A stretch of 64,000 bases of DNA from Octopus sinensis (taxonomy: Eukaryota): assembly GCF_006345805.1 (NCBI RefSeq), contig NC_043009.1, positions 39,122,001-39,186,000 of the forward strand, read 5' to 3'. Below are positions 40,408-53,669 of the stretch, one piece after another (the first letter of the stretch is position 1; each line of letters opens with the position of its first letter). The position numbers and the translations under genes were made by a program. The notes under the pieces were generated by a model that saw only the letters and a program-made list of their open reading frames with translations, searched no databases and had not been told where the DNA came from.

Positions 40408-40631
40408 AGGGATGACCACTAAATGGACATCCATTATGCTAGATGTAGATCCTATATGGTCTGACCACTAAGAAAAGATCTTTACATATTCTATCTTTTC
40501 ATTTGTCTTACTCGCTTACGTTCTTCCGTTTGCTGAATTTTCTAGTGATCAATCTTTTCTTAGTGGTCAGACCATACGAGGTCTACCTCTAGCACAATGG
40601 ATGTCCATTTAATGGTCATCCTTCCTATATG
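40400..40631. mobile_element. MITE with ~80-bp imperfect TIRs in a TA context
   Basis: 40400-40479 vs reverse complement of 40552-40631; ends embedded in TATA; 72-bp spacer. Confidence 0.82.
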
Positions 40632-40739
40632 AATGGAATAGAAGTTTTCTGAATCTTCGGATTTTTCGATATGCTAGGCAACTGGTTTTAAATTGATATT
40701 AATCAAATCAATATTCAATTTTTCACCCTTATTATTTAA

Positions 40740-40776
<37 letters not shown>

Positions 40777-40789
40777 ATATATATATTTA

Positions 40790-41157
40790 TCATCATCAAC
40801 ATCATCATCGTTTAACGTCCGTTTTCCGCGCTAGCACGGGTTGGACGGTTCGACTGGAGTCTGGGAAGCCAGGGGCTGCACCAGACTCCAGTCTGATCTG
40901 GCAGAGTTTCTACAGCTGGATGCCCTTCCTAACGCCAACCACTCCGCGAGTGTAGTGGGTGCTTTTTACGTGCTACCTGCACAGGTGCCAGGGGCGTCCG
41001 GCATCGGCCACGATCGGTTGGAGCTTTTAACGTGCCACCGGCACGGAAGCCAGCCAAGGCGGCGCTGGCAACGGCCACGTTCGGATGGTGCTTTTTATGT
41101 GCCACCGGCACAGAAGCCAGTCGGGGCGGCGCTGGTATCGGCCACGTTCGGATGATG

Positions 41158-41160
<3 letters not shown>
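40790..41160. mobile_element. Interspersed repeat (SINE-like 3' portion, probably minus strand) with three internal ~62-67-bp GC-rich units
   Basis: Starts after (CAT)n. Contains ggatgcccttcctaacgccaacc, whose reverse complement is echoed at ~23820-23840. Units begin at about 40964, 41025 and 41092. Confidence 0.6.
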
Positions 41161-41223
<63 letters not shown>

Positions 41224-43633
41224 TTTATACACACACACATATATATACACACACACATATATATACATATATATATATATATACATATATATATGTATGT
41301 ATGTACCTATATTTGTATATGTATGCATATGCATACATTAAATTATATCAATATGCATTCATGCATATGTATATATATACATATATATATATACATGTAT
41401 ATATCTATGTATATATATGTAGGTTTTAAATGCTAACGGGCCACCTATATTAAAATACAACATATGTGTGTGTATGTGAGTGTATGTGTGTATATATGTA
41501 ATATTTATATACATACATACATATGTGTGTGGGTGGCTGTGCATGCGTGTGTATAAATGAAAGGAAACTGTGATAGCAAAAATTATTCCGGGTGTTCAGT
41601 GGAATGTATTTGAACAACAAAGAAAAATCCTTGTAACGAAATTCGTCGAAGCAAAAACGCCAATTGGGAGAGACTTTTTTGACCAAACTGGAACCGTTCA
41701 AAAGAAGATAACAACGTCTCTCCTAAATGAGCTTTTCAGGTTGAGAATTTCATTTCAATATTTTCTATTTTCATCACCATATTGACTAAGTCGTTATTCT
41801 TGCCTCCATTAGGACAGAGGATATGTGCCTCTGGCCAGCGGGTATTGTGAATTGCCTATATTATTTAGAACAAGAATAGACGTGACCGGCCATAACTAAC
41901 AACTACATTTTATATATACAGATGGGAATTTGAATTCCTGTTCATGAATCAGTATGTATGATAAGTAGTTCCGGACCATCAGCGTCCGAACAGTTGGTGT
42001 TGCACCAGTGTTCTAGGGAACGATGAATATAATTTTGTGACAGCTAAGCGTTTCCCAACATAATTTTCTGTGTATTATGAAGCGAATTCTCTTCAATTTT
42101 GGCTAAATTTAACCAGATTTCAGCGTGTCGATCACTTTAACTGCTCCTCTACTGTGCTCTCTAACTATTGTACCACTGTACTCACAACAATCAATGTAGT
42201 AAATATTGATTACTTACTTTGATACCAGAACCATAAACTTGTATACTCGATTGAATCAACCAAGTACTTGACTGTTACTTATTTTATTGGCTATGAATAG
42301 TTGAAAGATATACATCAGTCTCTGCCACGCAACCATTTACAATTAATATTAAATAATATATGTAGCGAGTAAATACAATTACTATAGCAATCAACTTTGA
42401 ATGTTCTACCCAAAGGAAGACAGCGGAACGAATCTCGCCATGAATGTGGTTGATAAACAGAAACATTGCATGGTAAATTCCATTGTTCTGCACATAAACT
42501 TATCGATGCACGATATGTACGCAATGCACACGAATTGTTTAAATGAGATCTCATTGTTTTCTCTTTGATAGGAAATGAACCTTATAACCACACGTTTCCG
42601 TTAACCCTTAAATAAAGAAACGAAACCAAAGGATCCGTAATTTAACGAGAAAAACCGAAAAACCCAGAGAATAATTACTGTAATAAAATCGTGATAAACC
42701 ACTAAATTAAATCTAGGTATCTAAGAAGCAGCTTCAAATGTTGTCTGGTATGGATTTCCTGACCCATATATACAAAAAAGTACCAAATACATGATCATTC
42801 AGTTTTGTGTGTACATCTTTAGACTATGAAAAACTTAGCCGATTTATTTCTAGTTTTAACTTTCCTAGATGTTGTTCAATAAGCTTCCATTGAAACGAGA
42901 TAATCCATTTCTTAATTCTGCTCTGTCATCATTCTGTTAATTCTATTGCGATACAAATGCTATCTTTTCTACGTGAAATACTTCAAGTTGTACAAATCAG
43001 ATTAAAAAAAAACACCTTGAACAGTATTACAGAGATTCATTAAAGGAAGTGATATAGAATTCGGTTTAGAACAAAACGCCTAGGTAAACGTTGATATGCA
43101 AAAACTAGTAAAGCTGAGTAACGTAAAGTTATGTTAGATAAAGAAACATATATAAGAAAATTAGACGAATCCCAGACCTACAACTGAACTAAACAAAGTA
43201 CAACACAGTCAATGAGGAAAATGGTTAGAATGAAATATTATCGACGTATTAGCTTCATATTTGAAAGAAGTCGCTGCTTCTGTTGTTGTCCTTGTCCCTC
43301 TTTCATATCCAATTCCCCCGTGCTTCTAGTCAGGAAGCTGCCAAGATGCTCTGATCCTCATACGTTTAACAGCTTAGTTTTCGAAACCGCACCTATAGCT
43401 CGACGGTCTTCCCTTACTGTAATCACAATAATGCACCACTAGAAGAAACTGTTGTGGCATTAAATTGGGGCATCAGTACCTGCATCTCCATATATCAGCC
43501 GCCCCAAACCGTTTCTTGTTACTTCTACGTACACATCTGTCTCGCACTGTACGGCACAAGTAATGACCAACCAAGAAAAAATGCTGTTCAAAATTTCCAA
43601 AGTATGATATTTGCTTGTCTTCTTCCTAAATCT

Positions 43634-44228
43634 TATTTCTTTATTGCCCACAAGGGGCTAAACATAGAGGGAACAAACAAGGACAGATAAAGGGACTAAG
43701 TCGATTACATCGACCCCAGTGCGTAACTAGTACTTATTTAATCGACCCCGAAAGGATGAAAGGCAAAGTCGACCTCGGCGGAATTTGAACTCAGAACGTA
43801 CCGGTAGACAAAATATCTCTTTACTACCCACAAGGGGCTACACACAGAGAGGACAATCAAGCAGACAAACGGATTAAGTCGATTATATCGACTCCAGTGC
43901 GTAACTGGTACTTATTTAATTGACACCGAAAGGATGAAAGGCAAAATCGACCTTGGTGGAATTTGAACTCAGAAGGTAGCAGCAGACGAAATACCTATTT
44001 CTTTACTACCCACAGGGGGCTAAATATAGAGAGGACAAACAAGGACAGACAAACGGATTAAGTCTATTACATCGACGCCAGTGTGTAACTGGTACTTAAT
44101 TTATCGACCCCGAAAGGATGAAAGGCAAAGTCGACCTCGGCGGAATTTGAACTCAGAACGTAACGGCAGACGAAATGCTGCTACGCATTTCGCCCGGCGT
44201 GCTAACGTTTCCGCTAGCTCGCTGCCTT
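43634..44228 (-). mobile_element. Head-to-tail trimer of SINE family A flanked by an 11-bp TSD
   Basis: Three core+tail units with only one 5' head; TTCCTAAATCT at 43623-43633 and 44233-44243. Confidence 0.88.
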
Positions 44229-45339
44229 GTTGTTCCTAAATCTGCAGTGCCAATGTATGCGAAGGTGTCTCATGTACCGTTTCACTTCTGCCTGATTCTC
44301 ATTTTGTTGTGAATATAAAAGAAAAGATACATGTGTCCACGCATTCACCAGCAGTCGATAGAGCACACATCGTGTTTCATATAGGTCAGGATTTTCTCTA
44401 ACAGCTTCTTAGGCATATGGCAACGCCATCAGTTTTTTGAGAAGCAGAAGTATATCACTTGTTTCTTATCTAGAAAAATTCATTACGTAGCGAGGCACTA
44501 CTTTTGTGATAAGACATATTCTATATGTTTTTTTTCTTTTCTTTGACTTGACACACGTCCAGCGAGTCTTTCTCTTCGCTAGCCAATGCTTGTTTTCCTT
44601 CATTTCTCTTTGTTAAAGTATAAGTGTCTGTATTCACAAATACGCTTTGTATGTTTATTTGTTGTTATTTCCTTTTGTTTGACTTTTTTTAATCCGTGTT
44701 TCTGTTAACAAAATTCTGAAAATTGTTTCCAAGATGTTTTCTGGCGTCTTCGTTGCTACCGTATTTGTGGCTAGCAGGTCTTCGCTCTTCTCCAAAGGAA
44801 GTGATATTAAATCACGAGCAAAAAAAAAAGTGTTTACAAAAATATAAGGTATATAAAATGTACAAGGATAAATCTTATTATTCAACCTCAGGGTAATGGA
44901 GTGGATGCTCAAATATTCTAAAAGCCTTTGTTGGCAAAATAAGAGAAAAAATATTCCTCACCAGCAAATTAATGGTGGTAACTGGATTCTTTCCCTGGAG
45001 GTCTCTTACATGCATCCGTTCATTACAAACAGCGACAACAGCAGGAACGTCACCAACACTAGCAACAACAAAAAAGCAAAAATAATGATAGCAATAATGA
45101 TGAAGATCAAGATGGACGATGATGATAACAAAGACAATGATAATAATATTACTACGAATAATAATACTGTTTATATCGAAAATATTGATAGAATTAATGG
45201 TAAAAGTAATGGTAGTATTAATATCAAAATAATGATAATTTTAATATTAAAAATATTGATAATAGAAATAATGGTATTATTATTATACTATTATTGTTGT
45301 TATTAATAATAATGATAACAACGATCTTGGTGATTACTT

Positions 45340-45775
45340 AATCTTTTCTTCTCAAGGCACAAAGCCCGAAATTTTGGGGGAGGGGGTACAAGTCGATTAG
45401 ATCAATCCCTGTATGTAACTGGTACTTAATTTATCGACCCCCGGAAGGATGAAAAAGAAAGTCGACCTCGGCGGAATTTGAACCCAGAACGTAAAGACAG
45501 ACGAAATGCCGCTATGCATTCCACCCGGTATGCTAACGTATCTATTTCTTTACTACCCACAATGGGCTAAACACAGAGGGGACAAACAAGGACAGACAAA
45601 CGGATCAAGTCAATTACACTGACCCCAGTGCGTAACTGGTACTTAATTTATCGACCCCGGAAGGATGGAAAGGAAAGTCGACCTCGGCGGAATTTGAACC
45701 CAGAACGTAAAGACAGACGAAATGCCGCTATGCATTCCGCCCGGTATGCTAACGTATCTACCAGCTCACCGCCTT
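45340..45775 (-). mobile_element. SINE family A dimer with two different tails
   Basis: Two units sharing private variants; junction near 45543. Confidence 0.85.
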
Positions 45776-45998
45776 GAGTAGCACACCATAATAACGATTT
45801 AATAATCATTTCTTTTATTCTGCTTGCCGGATCCAATTATACATTACACATACAATAGATTTCTTATAATGAGGATACAAAAGCGTGTGAGGATGTATAA
45901 ACGAATTGTATATAAATAATTCAAGAGTTATAGAAGTTACACAATAGATTTAGATGTTAACATTTTCGAACTTCTATAAAAGTATTTGATATAGTTAA

Positions 45999-46895
45999 TC
46001 TATATATATAAAAGTGAAGTTGTGTGAGTGTCTGTTTCCTACGATTTAGATTCCTAACTACTCCCACATTTTGCAGTGCAGTTTAACCAAATTCGGGTAT
46101 CTTATAGTCGTGATTCATATCGAGCCCGTCCGGGTATTAGCGCGCGTCTACGATGAGTCTACGATTTAAAAAAAAATTACCATCATTTTTTTCCATTTTA
46201 AGGCATATTTTATCCGTGTGTCGATGGCGGCGGAGTTGGCGTCCATGCTCACACCTGCACCTGTGTTGCTTCTCCCCCTTCTTCCCTCCCTCGTGAAGCT
46301 GTGGGGAAGGGAGTGTAAGGAAATCAACGTCGTAAGCGTTGTCAAGGAGACCAGCGTTCTTTTAGAACAACGACTTCATGGCTTGAAGTCGCCAAAACAG
46401 AAATCGCTAAAAAAGCTGAAACAGATCCACAAAAACGGCAAAAACCGCCACACAGGGCAGGTTTCCTGCGCAAACAATTTGCACAACCGAATGTTTTAGT
46501 TGTTGCACAAATCTTTATATATAAAAGTGAAGGTGTGTGTCTGTCTCCTACGATTTAGATTCCTAACTACTCCCACATTTTGCGGTGCAGTTTAACCAAA
46601 ACCGGGTATCTTATAGTCGTGATTCATATCGAGCCCTTCTGGGCATTAGCGCGCGTCTACGATGAGTCTACGATTTCAAAAAAAATTACCATCACTTTTT
46701 CCATTTTAATGCATTTTTCGCTATTATATAAGGGAAGTAACTCTCTGAAAATGTCTAGGATGAGTCAACGATTTAAAAAAAAATTAGCATAATTTTTTAT
46801 TCCATTTTTAATGCATTTTTTTGCTATAACTCTCTAAAAATGCTTATATAGTTATTTCCCTTACAAACCCGAGCAACGCCGGGCGATACTGCTAG
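45999..46895 (+). mobile_element. Non-autonomous Helitron with a duplicated 5' module
   Basis: 5' TC(TATATATATAAAA) preceded by A; 3' hairpin CCCG-AGCAACGC-CGGG (46868-46883), then CTAG followed by T; no TSD; second 5' module starts at 46512. Confidence 0.88.
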
Positions 46896-47640
46896 TTAAA
46901 TATAAACATAAATACAATTCAAAGTGTATAATTTTAAAAAGTTCACTCGCACGGTTTTGCCTTGCAATACTGCAATATGAATTATATCAGGGCTTCTAAC
47001 GGCTATATTTCTCTTGTTTCCGTGAGTGTTTTAGTACTTGAAATTGGCTAAATAGGTATCCAAGTTTCATTGATTGCCAAAATATATAGGTATCAATAGG
47101 TTTTCGACTGCTGTTGATCCATTCCACAATAGCATCTATTCGATCTTTATCTCCCCCACTTGATGGTCAGTGATCTATCGGAATTTTTGGGATATTCTCA
47201 CTAAGTAAAGGTGCGCACCTTGAACTGAGTTTCTTCTGAAGGAGGCGTTAGTCCCTCTTCCCTTTTCTTCATGGTAACTGTTTTTGTCCGACTCTTTCTT
47301 TTGGAGATTTTCTTCCACTTTTAATATCTGTTGTCTGTCTTTCAACTACCTTGTGTATATTCCATATTATTGCTAAAAGGTGACGTGATATAATTCGGAG
47401 GTAGAGAGGAATTTTAAACTCATGGTCCTTGTGTTCGTAGTCCTTGTACTGCTGGTCGCATTCTTGATCAATTTTCTGTCTTTTTGCTCTTACATCTAAG
47501 AACGAAGTAATCTCTTCCTCTATTCCCAGTGCTGTAGCGATTGATGTCCTAAGAATAGCAGCTACTGTGGACTGTTTATTTTGTAGTTTTATACCTTTTT
47601 TGTTGTTGTAGTAGCAGCAGCAGCAATAGTAGTAGTAGTT

Positions 47641-47676
<36 letters not shown>

Positions 47677-48599
47677 TAGTAGTAGTAGTAGTATAGTAGT
47701 AGTCACAGTTTTGCTGATCTCTTTTTTACTGACTTTCGAATTCCAACTGACAGAAACATCAGAAGTAACATTTGCGCATATAGTAGCAGGGCTTTCTGTT
47801 CGATGCCGCTTAGTCTTACAGATTGTTCTTTCTTCCACAAGCACACTCGATCCCATCTCCAGAATGGCTTTATGCTCTCCGGGGAATTGCATAATCTATA
47901 TAAAATCCACTGAACTACATATCGTTCTTAGTTGCTTTCGCTTTTATCATCTCACAGAAATGTGACAATTTTTCAATATCCGTTATACGGCCCAAACAAA
48001 CATTGAGCTGCGAGCTTCTCGGCAAGTGTGCAGCGCACCTGCTCAATCCAGTTTTTCGTCTTATTCTCTGTTTCGAACTTCAGTAAATGGGAAATTATTA
48101 TCGATGCTTTGGCAAGAGCTGCCTGCAACATTTTAGTTGGTATGCGAAAGGCTGTTGTGGTGTGAAAGATAGATATTCTACTTTCGTTTTGCTCACTTTT
48201 CAATAAGAGACTGAATTATAAAAGCGATTTCCTTTCTCGCGTTACTCTTTCAGGCAGACTTTTTCTTCGCTTTTTCATTCATGTTTGGAGTCCATCGATT
48301 GGACGTTACGTTCGCAAATAAAGTAAGAGTGGAACTGCTCTAATCGAAAACTGTTTTACCTTTTCCCTTGAGATTTTCTTGTTGTTGTTATCGTTAATGG
48401 TGTCGTTTAAATTACTCAAAATGAAATTTATTCTTTTCTTTTTTATCACGAAGCCATATTTTGTACCTATTCAACTGAGAAATTGAGCTCTTTTGTTGTT
48501 GTTTTTTTCTGTTTACTACTCATGAATTTAAAAAGAAGAGAATAACATAGAAGAAATATGTCAGATCAGGAAACAGAAAGGAATTGGAATTACAATCGG

Positions 48600-50665
48600 A
48601 GAACTAAAGTAGTGAGTAATGGCAAACGGTGCCGAAAACGAACTTATGAAGTGAGGATCAGCCAAAATGAGTAACATCGCAAAACAGAAACCTCTAGTTC
48701 ATATTCTCCAACGAAATAACAGTCACAAGATAAAAGGCGATGAAGAAAACAATGAGAAAAACAGTGCCAATCAGTAAAACAGTGGAAACGGCAAGTGAAA
48801 ATTCCAAACAAAATGAAGAGGCGCAAAATATTTTCCTATAACGAAAGTAAATATTCAAAAGCAATTTATAAAAAGGCAGGGATGTGGAAATCTACTGGAC
48901 CAGGTTTTGTCTAAGTGACTTATTGATTATGCTTGAAAGAACTTCTAAGTTTACATGACACAATATTGTGCGTAGTTAACGAACGGATTGACTTGTTTCA
49001 TAGTGGAATAGAAATTGAAAACTACCGAGCAAATACAAGTACACCGTTTATGTAGAATCTCTTAACAGAGATAATTTCAGAAGAAATAACATGTATGTGA
49101 GAAACACGTAATATCCGATGAACAAAACAGCTGCCGAAAATAGCAAAAGAACGAAAACGCAATTAACAATGAGGAAAAAAGGTACTGAAGTGTTGTTGAA
49201 GGAAATTGACAACTAAAAACATCGCATGGATCGATTTAAATAAACCTTATAAACTGATCCAGACTCGTAGATCAAAGTGGTGTTTAGAACTTGAAAATCT
49301 CAAGAAACGTCATATTGATATGGATGTCAGAAAGTGTAACGAGACTTGAGAATAGAATTAGTAATTTCTGGATGTTAAAGATTTTCAGAGATGCAGATCA
49401 CAAAACCTTTCAGTCGGACTGGTTTACTTATACTCTGTTTGCAATCGCACAAATGTCCTTATTGATTATACTAAACAAAATTAACGAAAAATGCTCGTTG
49501 GAGAAGAATAGGGAAGTAGTGAGTCTTTTCCTGTTTTCAGATGATATATATCTTTAAGGCAAAGACAGGAATTAACTGGATTCCTTAATGAAAATTTAGT
49601 ATTAACATCGAGAAGACATTTAAAATTGAGATAAAACAGGGAAATACGTTAAAAAGTGCTGGAATGGATCAAATGATTTGAATATAAAATCATTAAAAGT
49701 AGAAGAATTTAACTGTCTCAAAATACTGGAAAGTGATAAAATTCGAAAGTACAGAAACGAAAGTTCTCACAAGCAAAGACTTTTGTAGAATGAAGAAAAT
49801 TTAAAAAATCAGGAAATATCACGCAAGCAATAAAATTGAGGTTAATATGGGTAATGAAGTAAGGAGTAGGATTTATTAAATGGGGAGTGGCTAAACTGAA
49901 AGTTATCCATAGGAAAACACGGAAGCGGCTCACAATGCAAAGAACGGTCAAGTGTGAACTAGTTGGTTATACTAGAAAAGATAAAAAAGGGTTAAAGCGT
50001 GCCAGTAACAACAAAGAAGACAACAGAGATAACGGATGACAAGCACAGCTGTCTCCGATTAAAGAAACGGAGGAAATGGTTTTAGCAACACAGGAAAAGG
50101 CCCTAAGGGTAACTTGTATCATGAGAATGATAGATTAACAGGACTGTTTACTCAAATATAAAATGTGCAATGATTCAGATATTCACATTGAATGGCAATC
50201 TTTAGAGGTAGCTTTGGATATATTTTACAAAAGATTCAGTTTTGCACGCTCAGAAAACAACTATTACCATTTTGTAGGAATACAAATAGAAGGCTCTGAA
50301 AAGATAAGACGAGGCTATTGGAGGTTTCTATACATACTGAAAGAAAAGAACACAGTCAGCTGAATATTGTAATCATTGATTAAAAATACGAAATGCTGTG
50401 TTGTTGTAGACGTAGCTATCCTATTTCATAACACAGTGAAGAAAAAGAGAAAAGAGATACTGTATTATACTCACTTGAAGTATGAAATCAAATACAGAAA
50501 TGAAAAAAGCTAACAAAGTCGAAATCCCATAAATTATCATTGAGGGCATGGGGACTGAGGCGAAGAATTTGTGAGCAAACCTGGCAAACTATTCCTTGAT
50601 CTGCGAGTAAGTACAGTACAGAAATCTGACCCAACAAGAATTATCCGGAAATTCCTTGATGCAAT
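48600..50665 (+). pseudogene. Heavily decayed R4/Dong-like non-LTR retrotransposon (RT through C-terminal region)
   Basis: Degenerate motifs in the expected order: WKSTGPG (cf. WKAPGPD), KTFQSDWFTYTLFAIA (cf. GIFQGDSLSPLLF), LFLFSDDIYL (cf. HLLYMDDLKL), and GFIKWGVAKLKVIHRKTRKRLTM (cf. GIINW..EL..LDRKTRKLLTM). Boundaries are approximate. Confidence 0.65.
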
Positions 50666-50923
50666 GGTAATGTAAGAACAGATATGTAAGAACAGATATG
50701 GAGAGTAGAAAACTATTTATATATTGAAGGTAAAAATAAATGCACCTCATACTAAACCATAAACGGTTGTTCCATAGGAAGCACAAAGTAGTTATAATAA
50801 TAACCCTTTCTATTATAGGCACAAGACCTGAGATTTTGCGGGAGATGGGGAGGTTCTTTATAACATCGACCCCAGGGCTCTACTAGTTCTTAATTTATCA
50901 ATCCTGAAAAGGATGAAAAGCAA

Positions 50924-51031
50924 ATAAGAGCATCACAGGAAACCACAGCACATACCCAAGGCACACAGAGCTGCGCTCGGTAGTGAAGTGAAAGCACGCT
51001 ATAAAAATAAAACTACTGAATAATGATAATA
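50924..51031 (+). mobile_element. Probable 3'UTR remnant of an R4/Dong-like LINE ending in (AAT)n
   Basis: Non-coding segment ending ctactg-AATAATGATAAT. The family assignment is from recall of this repeat, not from motifs visible here. Confidence 0.4.
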
Positions 51032-53530
51032 ATTTCTTTATTGGCCAACAGGGCCGAACACAAAACATAGTGGACGATACACAGACGAGGGACAGTGAGT
51101 TTAAACTTTATACAGCAAACAAAGACAATGATTAACAAAGAGATAAATTCAACTATATGCTTCCCCGATAGGGGATGGTGTTCCACCGTAACTTGACCAT
51201 AGAGACATCACGCACTTTGGATCCCTTAACACCAAAGATTTCTCAGGAAAGCACTCTGCCTTGTTGGTTCCATACAGCCTACATGCGCACACTTAGAATA
51301 AACCCATTTACGTGAGCCATTCTTGCCACATTGACCCACCTTTTAACGAACTTACTGGGTTACAGTACCTCCGTCTTCAAACTTACAATCCTTTTCAAAG
51401 AGAAAGATACCCGTCCTCAACCCTTTCAATCCCGTCCACCACATAACCTCTTTTGCCATAGCCATCAGACAGAGAAAAATTACCCTCCCTTCTCGGTCAA
51501 ATGAAAGAAGTGGGGCGATCTTCACAATGGACTCAGATTGTAGCCGGATCTGTCCAACACGTAACAGTAGCTTTTCAACAAAGCTCCACAAGTCAGAAAT
51601 GCGCAGATACTATACAAGAGCATGCGGAACAGCTTCATCGCTCCGCGTGCATCTCGGGCAAACCCAACTGACTGCACACTCGTGCCGGTAGAGCTTATCT
51701 CGAACTGGCAGCGCCCCCCGGTAGTACTGTCAGACTATAGATTTCTGGAAGTTATCCATAGTTCCCCACCCGAAAGACCTCCGGAAGAGACTAGCCAGCA
51801 GATCCTCCTCGACGCCCAGGACCTCTTCTAGTACGTCGTCGCTCTTGCCCTCCTCTACTTCCCTACAGAACTCCAAGATGCCCCCGACCGCATTGCCCCG
51901 ACTGGACGAGGGCCTTGAGCGCATGGAGACACTCTTGGTGCTAAGCGCCCTGCCTCGGTCTACGACTAATCCACTGCAGCTCCGTCAAGGAGACGAACTG
52001 CAGAAAAGTGCGTTCAACATATGGCGACCACACATTCTCACCGTTAAGGTATCGCTGGAGATGTCGCAAATCCTCAAACATGGCATGCCCAGTCCTCCAC
52101 GCACCGGATGCTGACAGCGAATGGACCATCTGACATGTGGTATCTGTCCCCTCCACAGGAAGCGGAAGAGTAAACACGCCAGCAAGTCAGCCACGAAGCG
52201 AGGCAAGGGACAACAGTCAGGCAGTTGCATATGGCGGATGCGATGTACGCATTCACCACCTCCTTCCAACTTCCAGAAACAGCTTCCTCTCGGCCCATTT
52301 CTGGGCGAGACTGGCCACCCTGTCTGTTACCTCACATCAGTTCTTGTCCACTTGGAGATTCGGACCAGCGGTTGGCGTGGGCCTACCTTTCCAGGTGCCG
52401 TGCCGTAGGCCCACTGACTTCTAGTTGATCATTGTTCCTGTCACCGCTTCGTATTCCCTTAGGGTAGTGCCGACCATCTCGATTTTCTAAACTATCATGA
52501 TGAAATCGTCCACGTACACCGACACAACCTTCCGCATACCAGTTCACGGGTGATGCCCCTCGAAAGTTCCAGCTTCCGCAGTAATGACTCGAGTGCTAGT
52601 ACGTAGTGAAGGCGTGTGAATGGGCATCCTTGACGGACCAAACGTGCGATACTAAACGATTCCGAGAGGTGGACATTAAATATGACCACCGAACAGATGT
52701 CGCTGTACATTGCAGCGATCCAGCTTCTGAAAACGGGACCGAAACCAACCGCCTTGAGGATAGCCTCCAGGTACATATGGTCGACTCTATCAAAAGCTTT
52801 CGATTGATTTAAATGGATCAGGGCCCCACCCATGCATAGTTGTTTACCAACCCACTTTATGATGTATCGTGTGAAGTGGGGGTTGTCATGTATAGTTCTG
52901 CTGGAGATAGCGCAAGTCTGCGCATTACCCACCAGTCTGTCAACAACAAGCACCAAACTATTTGCTAACACCTTGTCCCAAATTTTTTAATCTGTATTTA
53001 GCAGTATTATCGGCCTAAAATTATCAAGAATGTTCTCCTTGTTCGGAACCTTTCTCCGTAGCGTCACCACACTTCGGCTCACAGATCCAGGTATTCTCCC
53101 ATTCTGCTGACAGTTGCGGTAGATGTCTCTCAAAAGCTCACGTGGAGAAGAACCTCCAAGGTATTCCCAACCCAATTCTCCCTCCTCGATCTTTTAGCAT
53201 CCAGGAGATTCTCTCACCCGTCCCTACAAGTACAGACGAAAAACCACCATAAATTCAAGCCTGGTCGGATTCCAGGAACCGTAAATCGTACCGCCTCTAT
53301 GGGCGATTTCTTCAGTGCGACGAGTGGTCACCGAGCTCTGTATCACCTGCCCCTCGGTCTTAAAAGGACTTCCGTCGTACTGCCTCACTCTCGTAATGTG
53401 GTGGATATCCTGCCATATGTATTTCAAGGTTTTTTCCACCTGGTGGCGTTATGCGATTCCGAGTTACTTTCTCTTTGTGTTCATGCACGTGTAGACAACT
53501 CTCTGCTTTGCTGTTGCTTCAAGATGGCTT
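51032..53530 (-). mobile_element. Tx1/L1-clade LINE, 5'-truncated (RT + C-terminal CCHC-type region + 3'UTR), pseudogenised
   Basis: Minus frames: NFRPIILLNTD, LNQSKAFDRVDH, VRQGCP, SVYVDDF (catalytic), CPRCTRSDEAVPHALV, LWSFVEKLL. The 3'UTR ends AATAAAGAAAT followed by (ATT)n. Confidence 0.9.
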
Positions 53531-53588
53531 CTAAAACAATTTAAGCAACAAAAGACAGTATAGAACTTTTGGCGACAAATGTAATAAC

Positions 53589-53650
<62 letters not shown>

Positions 53651-53669
53651 CAATAATGATAATTTCAAA

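Noticed and set aside
41570-41785. Plus ORF with a CAG/GTTGAG donor-like site
   Set aside because: Weak acceptor, unrecognised peptide, and an equally long frame on the opposite strand.
37335-45775. CRISPR-like appearance of recurring ~40-bp motifs
   Set aside because: These are SINE cores in eukaryotic DNA with irregular spacing and no cas genes.
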